A stretch of DNA of 64,000 nucleotides from the NCBI RefSeq assembly GCF_964355755.1, contig NC_092673.1, positions 3,906,001-3,970,000 of the forward strand, read 5' to 3'. Position 1 is the first letter of the stretch. The number at the start of each line of letters is the position of its first letter. Position numbers and translations under genes: made by a program. The DNA is from Antedon mediterranea. Lineage: Eukaryota > Animalia > Echinodermata. Below are positions 27,601 through 42,600 of this stretch, one piece after another. The notes under the pieces were generated by a model. The model saw only the letters and a list, made by a program, of their open reading frames with translations, had not been told where the DNA came from and made no database searches.

Positions 27601-30600
27601 TTATTTATCTCATTGTCTAGATGTTCTCAAGTTTATTGCAATATCTATTACATCATTAAAGTATTGAGTTTCCTGTATAGGATCTCAAAAAAGTAATTAA
27701 GATGATATTTCTCTTCTCCTGTATTAACTTTGGGATCCTGAAATTTAGAATTGTGTACGCGTGAGTCAAAGATAAAAATAATTAAAATGCTGTTGTAGAT
27801 GAATGTCTTAAAACAGGAAGACAACTACAAACATGATTTTAATAATCTGGGTACATTTTCCTTTTATAAATAACCTAGGGGTTTAGATAGAGATAGGAAG
27901 CCACCCTAAGCTGGTAATTAAAGAAACTGTACTGTACTACTTAGTGTATGGATATTTTGGAACAGTTTTTTCTTGATATATTGGAATATACAGTATATCA
28001 TTCATTCATCTTTTATTTAGGAATACCATGATGAAATTATATATCTATAGCAACAAAAATGAATAAAAAATCATTGTACAAAAAAAATATCAAAGATAAC
28101 TTTCTGTAGACTGATTTGCTACACCTTTTCAACTCCATTTCATAGAATGTTTATTTTGCCACAATTTGACAGTAACTGTATTTATTTCAGATTCTAAATG
28201 TTACCGAAAGATATAAATTAAACAAAATGCAAGGTTACAGCGTGTATACCTCTTGATACCATTTGCGTGGGCATGACTTTAAAGATTATGTACTGTATAC
28301 TCATGTTGTCATTACAATAGGTATACATAAGTGTACATTATACACGAGAAAAATACCAACGTTTTATAGCACTGTATTTAGATCCTAAGAGAAATAAATT
28401 GAACATACGAGGCTACAGCCTGTCTACCTCTCAATACCATTTACAGAAGCATGACTTTAGAGATTATATACCCATGTTATCATTAAAAGTGGGTATACAT
28501 AAATGTACATTTATATACACTAGGAAAATACCAATGTTTTATAGCACTGTATTTAAAAGAATTAAATTGAATATAAAGCTTGGTTCCCACTAGAACGTAA
28601 CGCAAGGACGTAAACGCAACGCAAGCGTTTTAACCAATGACAAGCGAAGTTATGACAGTTAGCAATCACAAGCGAATATTAAGCCATCGCTTGTGATTGG
28701 TCAATTCACTTGCGTTGCGTTACGTCCTTGCGTTGCGTCGCTAGTGGGAACCACGCTTAAGAGGCTACAGCCTGTCTACCTCTCAATACCATTTACAGAG
28801 GCATGACTTTAGAGATTATACTAGCGTTATTATTAAAAGTGGTTATACATAAATATAATATTTGCTTCACTAGAAGAATAGCAACATTGTTTATATTGCT
28901 ACAGTCGGATTATTGAAGTAGGCAAGTTGTTGTGCAATGTTCTAAGTATGTTTTAAGTATGTGCGGTAAATCACCGGTAGTCTAAAGAGAAATGGCTATT
29001 GATATTATAGTATAGTAATACTGGTTGGTCATTACATGTTACTTATGACTTGAAAGCTTTGTGCAATTGCTGTTTTGATTGCTAATGAAGCTTAGATAAG
29101 TGTGCCAGAGTGTTTCAAATGGATTTAAGACACTTATGTTGTATATGGCTGGTAGTATTAAAACAACATTTGCTATTTATATGTAATATTCGTTTGTGTT
29201 GGTCACTATTCTTGTGTTGGTTTTAGGATTATAGTTTTTGTATTATGGAACAAGAAATGAAACAGATTAAATTTTATTAAAACATTAAGGATTTATTGTG
29301 CCCCAAAAACAATAAAAATGAAGATTAATAAAATCAGACTTTAAATAGGCCATTTTAACATCAAGTTATTCACTTCTGTAAAAAAAACTTAATTAATTAT
29401 TTCACTTCTTTTTAACGAAAAACCATTATCTGACAGTAAAGTAAATTATTTTTTTATTATTAAGTTTTTGGTCAAAAGAAATAACTATTATGTGACATTA
29501 AAATGGCATATTCAAAAAAAAAATTGGGAAAAAAAAATGTTAGGGGGACAATATATCTTTAAAAGTTTATAATCCAAGATCTTTATCATTACGACATCCA
29601 TAGTTTACTGTAAGAGAGAGAATTTCATGGTTTAGGGGGTTGGGAACAATTTCTATTTTTAACAGTGTGTTTGCTCTTTTTTTTTTTTCAGAGACTACCT
29701 GGAGATGGTTTTAAATCCTTCTGAGAGGACTGTTTATATGAACGCCCTGCAACTTTACACTCAAACGTCTATTATACCCGACGAATCATACTTTATGTCT
29801 ATGCTCAAAGTCTCACCTTTCAAGTAAGTACAACTTAAATGTTTTGTTAACTTGCATTTAAGATTTTCATCCAACTGGAAATAAATTTAGATGCTTAAGC
29901 TCTGTCTACACTATCAAACAAGTTTGACAAAACATGTTTAAATATGGTAGTGGTATGTTCAAATATGGTAGTGATTTGACATCATCATGTCCATGGGCAC
30001 ATCACATTTTTTTGTCACATCAAGTTTGATAGTGTATGTAGAGCTTTAGAAAGCACAAGTTAAATGATCCCTTCCAAGATTGAACTAAAGATACTTGATT
30101 GAAAGGCAACAAGGTGACCACCAAAATGTAATGCCACTGTAGTTTCGGGGAAAGAACAAATCACATATCTACACATAATCATAACATCGTATACTCTATC
30201 TCTAACAATTTATTCAATCTTCTATCGACTAAAGCCGAAGTATAATCGTTATCTCGGGACCGTTCTATGGCCACCACCAGGTAGGCTTACTTCATTAAGG
30301 CTTCTATGAATGGATGTACTGGTTGGGAGCAGGAACGCTAGTAGACCAAACCCAGTACCGTTTTGATTACGATCAATCGGGAAATAACCTCACGACGTTT
30401 GTAAAGATGATATTGCGCTGCTACATTGCGTAAGACTACATTTGAAAGATAGATGATTGTTGCTTATCTATTCTACACTATTGTCCTAGTTGTTATTATT
30501 AATATTAGTAAGTTTATAAACTGTTGAACATTTCATCTTCTGGTTCTTTTTAAAGAGGCTATAAAGAATATATGTACAAAAAAATTTAGCGAACCAACAA

Positions 30601-33600
30601 AACATGAAATTGAAAACATGAAATTAAAAACATGATTGCCAGCCACTATTCAAATTCATGAAAAATTGAATAGACAGCCAGGTGCTATATTTTGTTAATG
30701 TTGAAAATTGGTTTCCGTAACTTCTGTTTCAAACTTCATTTCCATGGAAGCAGCTGTTTATGGAATATTATACTTTGTAGGTGGAATTCTTAAGGGTTTA
30801 AGCTATTCTGAGATTAAAGGACCAAGCCCAGAACAAGTAATGTTAGTGCCATACTAAGTTCACACATCTGTTGTGACTCATTAGTATTGGGATAGGTAGC
30901 AGTCTATGCGGACTAGAGTTGAAAGATTGTTAATGTTTACTGTAAGTGAAATGTTATTAGAGAATAATTGTTAACAGGAGTATGCGTTACATACAGTATG
31001 TTGTCTATGTAACATGAGTGCCAACTCTCCTAAAGCTCGGTTCCCACTCGAGACGCAACGCAAGCTAGTAGACCAATGATAAGCGACTGTTTGAATAATC
31101 AATCGCTTCTCATTGGTCAACTCACTAGCATCAACATAATTAGCTAGACAGAATTGAATGTAGGTGAAATGTTTTGGAATGATTATTGCTGGGTGTAATG
31201 TTACACAAATGTTTTTAGCACAACTTTTCTAATTAACTTTATTACCCTAATCAAAACAAACATAAACATATAACTAAAATATTTTTATGAAATTAATTTT
31301 GCTGGGTGTAATGTAATATAAATGTTTTCAGCACAAAACCTTTCTAATTTACTTTATTACCCTAATCAAACATAAACATATAACTGAAATATTTTTATGA
31401 AATTATTTTTGCCTGGTGTGAACTGTGATGTAATATAAATGTTTTCAGCACAACCTTTCTAATTAACTTTATTACCCTAATCAAATATAAACATATAACT
31501 GAAATATTTTTATGAAATTATTTTTGCTGGGTGTAATGTAATATAAATGTTTTCAGCACAAAACCTTTCTAATTAACTTTATTACCCTAATCAAATATAA
31601 ACATATAACTGAAATATTTTTATGAAATTATTTTTGCTTGGTGTGAACTGTGATGTAATATAAATGTTTTCAGCACAACCTTTCTAATTTACTTTATTAC
31701 CCTAATCAAATATAAACATGTAACTGAAATATTTTTATGAAATTATTTGTATGTAATAACATTTCTTATTTATTGCCCACCACCCAACTATTTCCTCAAC
31801 ATAAATGTGTAAATTAAATATTTGTAGAAAATTTTGTTGGGTGTAATGCAATGTAATACTGTGTAACATAAATATGATTGCCAATTCTGCTAATCAGAAT
31901 ATTCCGTTGTCGTAACAAACATTTAATATGCGATGTGTACATAAAACAGCTGATTCTCACAAAACTGTAAGCAAACTCGAGTGGACGTCGACAAACAATA
32001 GTAGTAAAATTCTGCACTATATTATTTTCTTCAGCTCATAATGGTATATTCTTTTTTGTGCGCATTTTCTAACATATGTGCACATGTTTTTTTTTGTTCG
32101 GATAACTTGAACTCATCAAAGTGACGAGTTCAAATCTAGTATTATTCTTTCCTTTTCTCCCATTTTTTTTGTCTCATATATTTCTAAAATGTGTAAACAT
32201 AATATTTCATAACTTTTTCAAAACAAAATTAGTTTTGAACCAATGCACCAACATCCATAGACTTTGTAGATATTATGCAGCAAAGATGGAAAGATTAAAG
32301 AGGAAAATTGTTTTAGGTACCATCATTTCTTTATTTATTTTTTATTTTCTTTATCCACAGACTGCTGTACATTTAATTTTGGGATATGATTAGTTCTAAA
32401 TCAATCTAGTTCACATGGATTGTTATTGATTTCCCTGTCATTCTTTTAATAGTTCTTGTTTCAATCAAATCTGCTTGTTATGATATTGTTACAAATCAGC
32501 ATATTGATTTAAGTATTCTGTATTTCTATTGCATGCTACATGCTACTACCAAACTTCTATAAGTAATTAATATCGACGGACATTTAATGAATAGAACATT
32601 TTTGATTGATTATTTTGTATTGTCTGTCGTCAGAATTGTTTCCAATGGCCAGTCAAACATTTCTTGACATGTAAAAAAATGTTTGACTGTAGAAGATACA
32701 AAATCAAAATGGGAAGCATATTTAAATATGTTATTCAATTTTAATTTCTATTTTTTTTTGCTGCTTCTAATTATTCTTATTATAGATCAAAATATAGCTA
32801 AATTTCAATTTTTTCTTCGCTAGCCCAGTAGACTTGATAACTATACATTGTACTTGCCCACCACATCCTGTCATGTTAAATCTTGAACGTAACATTAAAA
32901 ACTTTATTCATGTAAAAAAAATCTTCTGACTGCAGATATATTTAAATTAATGTGTCTGCTTTTGGAAGTGAGTTCTCATTTTTTAGTAGCCAGCAGGGCA
33001 CAAAGGATGATAGATTGGCTAGCCCCAAGTGCTTTTTATACTAGACATTTACGCTGTTAGCTATAGCTTTAAATCAAGACCCAAATCCAGCAATGTTTCA
33101 GGGTTTCAAGATCGACCAATATTCAAAATAAATTTCAGAAACTTAGCAAAATACTTTAGAAAATGCAGAGTGACAGGAGGTGGCTATTTCGGCTCATTTT
33201 GAAGATTCAGAAAAGATTTTAGTAAGCCTTGGTTAACCAATGAATTGATTTTTTTGAAAATCATTATGCATGGTCTTTCACAATATCTATTTACAAACAG
33301 TTAACAAAAATCATAATTTAAAATGATTGTGGATGTTTAATATGCAAACAATTGCGTGCAAAGATAGTAATATACTTGACATTTTGCCTAGTAATAATGT
33401 GAAAAAGACATTTTTAATTTGCAAGTTTTCAGCAGGCACTAGTGTTCATATAATAAAGGTAGAGCTTTAATAAGAGCTGACTAAGATACAATTTATATTT
33501 TGTTTTCATAATTCCATTAACCTTCAAAAACAATTTTCTTCACACAGTTGCAATACTTAACATTAATTATTTATCAGAAGTTGTGAATTCATAGACAGAC

Positions 33601-36600
33601 AAGCACTTTTATACCAATTTATTTCGATGAGAATATCAAAACTTATGATTAATTCATGTATGCACATTTGAGTTTCCAAGGATATTTTTGTTGGTGGAAT
33701 ATTAAATAATGTTTTAGGCAATTATGAAATTTATGTGAATAGCATAACAGTTATTGAATTATCAAGGTTAACAAGATATTAAATAATATTAAAGGTTTAT
33801 ATTTTTTATTGAGGCTTTGATGTAATGTTTACAGTGGTTTTTGACAGAAAACTCCCTAATGATATGTCAAGCTACAACTTCATATGATTAATGTGTCCTC
33901 CCAACCTACATTCCCTCCTTTTCCCACCTTCTCTCTTCCCTCCCCACATTGTCTCCTTTCTCCCCACCTTCTTCCCTCCCCCACCTCCCTACCTTCTTTC
34001 CCCCTTCTACCTTCTCTTCTCCTTCCCATCTTCTTTCCTCCTTCCCACCTTCTCTTCCCATCCCACCTAATTTCCTTCTCCTAACCCTCTCTTTCTTCCC
34101 TGCCCACCCTCTCTTTCTTCCCTGCTCACCCTCTCTTTCTTCTTCTTCCCCAACATTTAAAATGAATTCGTATACTCATAGATGTTATTCCTGAAACAGT
34201 ATCTGTGATATTTAAAAAAAAACAAAAAAAGATATTATAACTGATGTTAGAAATATACAGTATACAAGAGGAAATTACTTAAATATTATTGAATTTAAGC
34301 CTAATGTTTATAGCATTGGTTATTACTTGCAGTCAGTTGATTGTTTCAATAAGGCTAAAAACATGTAAAGGAAATTACGATATTATTATTGCATTTGGAG
34401 TTGATGTTTTTCTTATTGTTTCAATGATCTTTCGATTTTATGAAATGCTGAAACCAATGCACAGGAAATTACTTAAAGTATTATTACATGATATTACTGA
34501 TTTAAAACATAATAAAATATCTTTTTGGTACACAGCTACTAAAGGAATTAATATTTGGTGTTATAAATGTGTATTGAAATGTATAAAGAAGGAAATCACT
34601 TGTCATTACTTGTTATTGTTTTTATACAAGGCTAGGATTCTCTGGATTTGATTGCAAATAACTACGTGTTTTGATAGTCATATTGTCGCCATAGAAAACA
34701 TTTAGTTCCTTTTAAAGAGATTGTTTTTTTAAATTCTAATGCCATCAATACATTTTCATCAATCTTTATGCTGATTTTAAAACAACTTGTTTTATGTAAA
34801 ATTAATGTATAGGCTTTATAGAGCATACATACATACATTTGTTTTGTTTTTTATATATTTAGACATAGGATAACCATAAGCGAATTCATTCACTATCCTT
34901 TTTAAAGGTAGCAATCCTGTTCATAAGACAAACATACACAAGATGCTCTACATAAACAAACTCTCATTACAAGTCTTTGGGAGTGGAGTTGTAATTTGTC
35001 CTTAGAAAAAAATCCTGACATATGACAGAACTTGAACCCAGGATTGGTAGCCAAGCATCATAACCACCAAACCACAACTCCACTCCATTTCTTGTACTGT
35101 ATATAGAAGTATTTAATCTGATGCTTGGATATAATCACACCCACTAACTTTTGGTAAATTCAGACAAGACTTCTGAATCCATTATGAGTAAAATCGCACC
35201 CCCTAAATTGCGTATCAAGTCTCCATGGGACTATATATGCTATATTCATTTTGCTCTTATAACCACTACAACATTGAGACACCATAATATGCCATAATAT
35301 GCCATAATATATAGTATTTCTCAGGTTGAATTGACATTTATTAACCTGTTTTGAATACTGTTAATTTTTCAGGAAGAAATTTGTACATATGAATTTACAT
35401 CATTTAAAGCAGTTTGCAAGGAAAGATGATCGTGGCTTTTGTCGACACACAGAAGATATTGACTTTTGTGGTCAGGTAAGATATAGATGACAATGAATAT
35501 ATAAATCCAAAATGACATATGCTGTGGGCATCAGTGACTGGATATCAATGGAGATACAAAAAAAAAAAAAAATCAAAACGATAAAGTAAAACAGCCAGAA
35601 ACAGGCACATGAATTCTAAAACGCCCTGTGATATACTGAAATTTAATTAATTAATTAATTAATTAACTTGAAACGATAAAGATGAGCAAATCTGTGAATT
35701 GTGTGTTCAGTAAAAGAACGACACACATTAAAGAAGAGAATTATTAATTGCAGAGAGATTTGTATTCCTTAATTTTATATTTTCAGTACAGTAAAATCTA
35801 ATTACTTTTTAACAGCAATGCACAATATAGTTCTCAGAAATCAAGGATAGTCATATTAACCATTAAACAAGCCTGCTTTGTGAGAATGTAGTTAGCTGCG
35901 TGCTAATTGCTATTACGGCTTTTATTTGATTAAATGTTTAACACATTCATGTGTTTATGACGCACATCACTAATTTGCACGTTTTATAACCTAAATAATC
36001 CCACTAGTGAAACGTATTAGATGTCATTACATTTCTTAATTGCAAATGCACGTAGTGTTTATGCAAAGTTTTCAATATTTTTATGGCTTGTACTTGATTG
36101 CATGCCTTTCATTGAAAACACTTGTGACAGTGTTTAGGTGTTACTTTAAACAATAATTAATACTTACTTTATAACACTGAACATTTTGTCATTCACATGT
36201 CAAAATGTGTTAATATAAAGCCTAGTCTATCCCAACAAACTTAAAGCTCTGTCTACACTATCACAAACTTTATGTGACAAAAAAATGTGATGTGCTCATG
36301 GACATGATGATGTCATATCACTACCAAATTTAGGCATATCACTACCATATTTGGGCACATTACATTTTTTTTGTCAAAATAGTTTGATAGTATAAACATA
36401 GCTATAGACCATATGCCTTTTCTTGAGCCACTAGTTGAATCTTTAAATTTATGTTTTTCATAAACTCAACCCATCAAGTCTTTGATTTTAACTTTCCAGA
36501 ACTTTTTTTAATACAAACTTTTTATTTAAGAAATTAAAATATGAGTCAACAATTTATTTTGTTAGGGTCCTGGTACTTTTGAGGAGTCTGACAACGAGGC

Positions 36601-39600
36601 GATCCAAGACCTAGCAAATAATCTGTTCTTTGCTCGCAAGTTTTCTTCAAAAGCTAATGATCCTGCCAGAGTGTTTGCTGGTAGGTTGACCAATGGCCTT
36701 TACTACAGCAATATTCAGAGCAAACAGGGCATTAGTGATTCTTTTATAAGGTAATTATTGTATTCGGTTCTCTTTTTAAATTTTAAGCAATAAACAAACA
36801 ATAATAAATAACAATAATAAACAATAATATTGTATTCTACATAGAGCAAAGTAGAGTACTAAAAGGAACAATAGTCACTCCAAACAAAACTTGACCATAG
36901 GTCTTCTGTTGCCCCTACTATTATGATGACGGTCACTTTCATCATATGCTTGACCCTCTATGTGGTATAGTTTAAAATTGGGGTTTGTTTTTTTTTTCAA
37001 TTATACACATACAAATATACATCCTGACTAAAACTACTTTAAATAGAAAACATATTTTTAAATTGTGTAGGCAACTTGCAGAATTAGCATTATCTGAACA
37101 CTATGGACAGAACTGGGAAGACACCATAATGCTGGAATCGATCGTGAAAGTGCGGATGTTCCCCCAAGTGATCCCACTTGATCCGTGCTGTAAACCAATC
37201 TACGGCACCAAGAACCAACTTAATAAGGAGATCAAATACTGGATCGATTTTTCAGCAGTAAGTATTTAAAGTATTGCTATGTCTCTGTGAACGTGTCTGC
37301 AACAGTTTAATGAGAAAGTCTACTTTAAGTATTACAAGGGATATTTTGAAAGGAGAATACATTCTGCTTGGTGTGTTGAATGGATGTGTTGCACATCCAG
37401 GTCAGTGCAATTAAAATGTTAGTTGAACTCCTCAAGTTTTGAGCATGGCCTTTTTATCCGAAACTACAGGAAATTTAAAAAATAAAATAAAGAAAAATTT
37501 TGAAACATATCTACAGTAGGATTTGTGAATTATATGGTTAATAGGAGAACTCCTCATTTTGGAAAATTTGTATGTAAAATGAACAAGTGACAGTATATGT
37601 TTTAAGAGTATGGCCAACCCCTATTCAAGGGACACCCCTATTAAGGTGACACTTCGTTTTAGTCCTGAAGATATCCCTTAACTAGATACTTTACTGTGTA
37701 TAATAGGAAAATTTAATTAAAGGTGTTATAGTCTTAGCTACTTTCAGCAGTATAGACATCTTTGATAAACCTTGTGTTCATTAAACACAAAATGCAAATG
37801 CAATCAACAGCAGACCTATGAATGTCATTCCTTGAAATTTAAATTCACACATTTTCACCCAAAATAATTTTATTCAAAACTTCATATTCTTTTACAATTT
37901 TCACATCAAACATTAACATTTCTATCACGAAATATAGAAATAGCTTAAAGACGACAAACTCATAAAATAGAGCTTTATGTTGCTGTTGCAATTTGACGAG
38001 AAAGAAATGTTCATCTTTATGATCTTGTTTCTATGCCGGGTCCATTGTGCATTGCTCAATTTCCTATTGGCCACTCCTATTTGTTTTATTTTTTACAATT
38101 TTACCGCAAATACCAAAATTAAAATTATTCAAATGTGACAGGTGATGACTAGAACCAGGTTTCTCTTTCCGTTGCGGTCAATGTGACTTGAACGCTGTAC
38201 CTTAGGGGTCTATTACTCATTTATCTTAAGTCTATCACAATGTTATTGAGAGTACCACACCTTTGTTTTATGATTGAAAACAACATAATAGTCTCGTGCC
38301 ACTTTCATTTATTCTTTGAAAGGTATAATAAATATGCTAGTTCAGGGGCAATTAATTGTAAATAAATGCCAATCTTTAAAGTAGACAATTACCGCAAAGA
38401 GAAAACAATCTCTTTCTAAACGTTTATAATAATTACAACTGATCGTTTCGTTTTGTTCGTTTATTAAACATTCTACACATATAGTATTAATCAAGTTTGA
38501 TTAACAGAAAGTATGTGTACTGTAGAATGAAGTCTAAATAAAGTTATAGAAAACTTTACTACTAGACCTCTTTTCCATCGCTATAGGGATTTTTCGATAC
38601 TTGGGAGTTTTTTATTTGTGACAGCTTAGGAATTAGGTCATGTCATTTCATAGTGTGCATGCAGACAGCAAGTAAAACTCCTTAAATAAGTTATGGAAAA
38701 CTTTACTAATAGACCACTTCTCCACCTCTATAAAGACTTATCGATACTAGAGAGTTTTTGATGCGACAACTTAGGAATAAGTTAGGTCATGTCAATTCAT
38801 TGTGTGCATGCAGTTAAGCATAGAGGAGGATATACTGTAGATACTGTACTATGATATATCTATGAGTGAAGTTTGGGACGTACTTCCATATTAGGACCGA
38901 CCGACAACGTATAAATGCTCCTTACTAATATTCACCATCGGTAAAGACTAAATAAGTTTATTTATTTATTTCAACAATATTTTACGAGGGTGGTCCATCC
39001 AGCCGAAGGTGATCATTGTGGACTCTAACAAAAATGCAATATGACGAAACATAAACATGTAACAATAACAATTAAAATAAATAAATAATAATAAATGTCT
39101 TAATAAATTCCAATTATTGAACCTCTTTTTATAGACTAATATTACACAAGAAATATTTTAATTAATTTGGTTTATTGATTTTTTTTTTATTGTCTTATTT
39201 AATCACATTATTTTATTAGATAAATAAGACCAGCCAATTCTGATTGATATAACATTATCCAGTTCAGTTCAAAATGTGGATTATTCTCCTAATGATGTCA
39301 ATGTCATTGATTTTTATTGTTTTTATATTATCAATGTCAAATTAAAATAAATATATTCACTTATAAAGTACCGTAGGTTATACTTTTATATGTACCTGCA
39401 TATTATATGATTAGCAATAATTATTGTGAAAGATCAGTGTTATCTAATCTATCGGCCTATCAATCATTTCCAACATGATTACTTATGTAATGGACGTTTA
39501 AAAATGATGGTAGTTCTTTTCTGTGTGGGAATTTGTCTTTTCCTTGTGTGGGAATTTGTCTTTTCCTTGTGTGTTATTTTGTCTTTTCCTTGTGTGGGAT

Positions 39601-42600
39601 TTTGTCTTTTACTTGTGTGGGATTTTGTCTTTTCCTTGTGTGGAATTTTGTCTTTTCCCTATGAGGGATTTTTTCTTTTCCCTATGTGTGATTTTGTCTT
39701 TTCCTTGTGTGGGATTTAGTCTTTTCCTTGTGTGGGATTTAGTCTTTTCCTTGTGTGGGATTTAGTCTTTTCCTTGTGTGGGATTTAGTCTTTTCCTTGT
39801 GTGGGATTTTGTCTTTTCCTTGTGTGGGATTTAGTCTTTTCCTTGTGTGGGATTTAATCTTTTCTTTCGTCTTTCCCTGTGTGAGGTTTGCAAGGATTTC
39901 AATATTGACTACTTTAAAAAAGCACGTAATATTATAAAAGGATTCTTAATTCTTTGCAGTAATTTTGAAATACTGTACTGTACTCTACAACATATGTATG
40001 TTACATAAATATTTTATAATATGTTATCATTTCCAATTTTCAAATGTTTTTCCAACATATCAAATTACAAAACAAAAATATAATAATTTTTATGGTACTT
40101 GCGCATGTGATATTATAAAAATATTCTTCATTTTTATCAGTTTGCAATTAATTTTGAAATACTGTACTTAAACATATGTATGTTGTATACATAACTACTA
40201 TATAAATCCAAAGGCAAATTACAGAAAATAATGAAAATGCTGTGGGTATCAGTGGCTGGATCTCAATGGAGACTCGGATACAAAATAAAATAAGCAAAAA
40301 GCTAAATCAAAACGATAAAGTAAAACAGCCAAAAAACATAGCAGAGCTCTCGGGCAACACTAGCCCTTCATCAGTGCATGTGATATATATATATATAAAT
40401 ATTATATAATAATGTTTTATGAATTGCTTGGAATTTTACTATGTGTGACAGCAACTGTAAAGGATGCAGTTATGAATAATAAAACATATCATTTCTATGT
40501 GTTCTTACCATACTCATATTATAATACGTTGTCAGCATATTAAATCAAACCCATATTTAGGAATATCTATGATGAATCAACTTTAAGAAACTGTATGACA
40601 CTCGGCCGGGTACTCGGCATATTCCTGGCAGCTAGATGATGATTTTTCCTTATTTTTTTTATTTATTTCATTTCATTTATTCTTTATTTTGTCATTTTCG
40701 TACATATAAAAATATAACATATAAAAAAATGTTGCTTTATCTTTTATAAATAATAATAATCAAAAAACAAGTAAGAAAATACAAACCATTGAATGTACCA
40801 CTTCAAATACGTAATATAATCACTGTTCTAGTTTCTTGCCAGAAAATAGTACGCAATATCAAGATTACAGAGAGAGGAAATTGATGATCTCTACATTGTA
40901 TTTGGTTTCGCATTAGGCTAGTTCTCGAGGGTGGAATAATAGATATTCGAAGGCTGATTGAAAATAATTATCTGATCTTGTTTTTTTTGTATTGCGTAAT
41001 AATAGGTTCCAGATGCGTATGGTGATCGTCTGCAGCCACTGTTCATTTTCCTTTCCCTAAGAATTTCGATATAAATAAAAAATTTAATTTGTTTGTAATA
41101 CAAATTCTTAACAAAAAGGGAGGTACAGCTCTAAACCCTATATTTGTTTGTGTCTTATTTCTATCTTAGAACCAGAAATTATATGTACACACCTCATTGG
41201 TGACAGTGATGATTTTATATTTTCTCCTTGCGTCGTGTTTGTTTAATTAGTTGATTTGTATTATATTTTGTAAAATTTATCTTTTGCCTGAATAAATAAT
41301 AATAATAATTATTATTATTAGTAATAAAATACACATATTTTATAGTACTCTTATATAATTAAAACAACAGATACCGTAGATAGATTTTTATCAGTTAGCT
41401 GAAATTAAATAATACTAGATGGCACGCTCGCTTCGCTCGCGTACCATCTAGGTCGTGCCCACAGATGGTTCTCGAATACACAGTATTTTCCAGCGAGAAA
41501 ATAATGGAGATTTCAAATGTACGTACTGCAGGACTATAATACATTGTCGTTTACAGAAACGAATAAATATACACGATGATTTATGTAGTCAGCTAAAATT
41601 AGCACCCTGGGAATTACTTCCGAGAGAGAAACAAAATGAGTCAAATTTTTTTATTTGGACTCATTTAAACAAACCCAATTTGTGTTTTGTATGTAACATT
41701 AAGGGTTGAGGGATGGGGGAAGAAGATAGGTACAAAGAGGAAACATTTTAAAATATATTCTTATCCACTCAGTAACGAAATATTGTTTTTAATGTTTTAT
41801 AGGCCTATAAATAATATACCACTAAATACAGTAAAACATTTACGTACGATTTAATACTTTGTTAAAACTCTCACTGTCATAGTCTATTGAAATAGTAAAG
41901 TACATGTAACGATACACGTACCACTACGTACGTTTATATATTTTTAAATTATTAATTAATACAAACGTTGAGAAGCAACTGTCAGTAATAACGTTTATTT
42001 ATTTGTATATTATATGTTTATAATCTAACAATACCTTAACAGTATTGTACAGCATTGCAATACTATTTATGTTTATTCTCCAAGGGGGCCCATAAATCTA
42101 AATCTATACCTCTATGGTTAAACCAAATAATTTGGAATGTTCCATTCATCACAAATCAATACATTTGTAAAAACGTATATTACATGTATCAAAATAGCAT
42201 TTTTTAAAGAAAATCGGCCTGTCTTCAACATCATGATGCTGTACTCGAACTGTTCAACCGGTTTTCAGCTATTAAAAACAATTATCGTAGGAGGAGATAG
42301 GAAAATGCGAAGCATCCTCGTATTATTGTGTGCGGGTATTTTTCAAATTGACATCCATTAGACAGTGTATACCACGATCGGAAAACACCCCTATTTGGGG
42401 CAAATCTTTGAACCTAAATTCGTTTTAATCGTCAATAACTAATTATCGAACTCAATTTAATTAGTAAACAGGGTTACATCAGGCGGTTAAAATTAGAACC
42501 GAAAGTACGAACCAACTTTATATACCATCGCGTAAACATTCTAGAAATAACGCACGATTTACCGATTTTTGCCCTTACGTAAATTTATATATAGATACAA

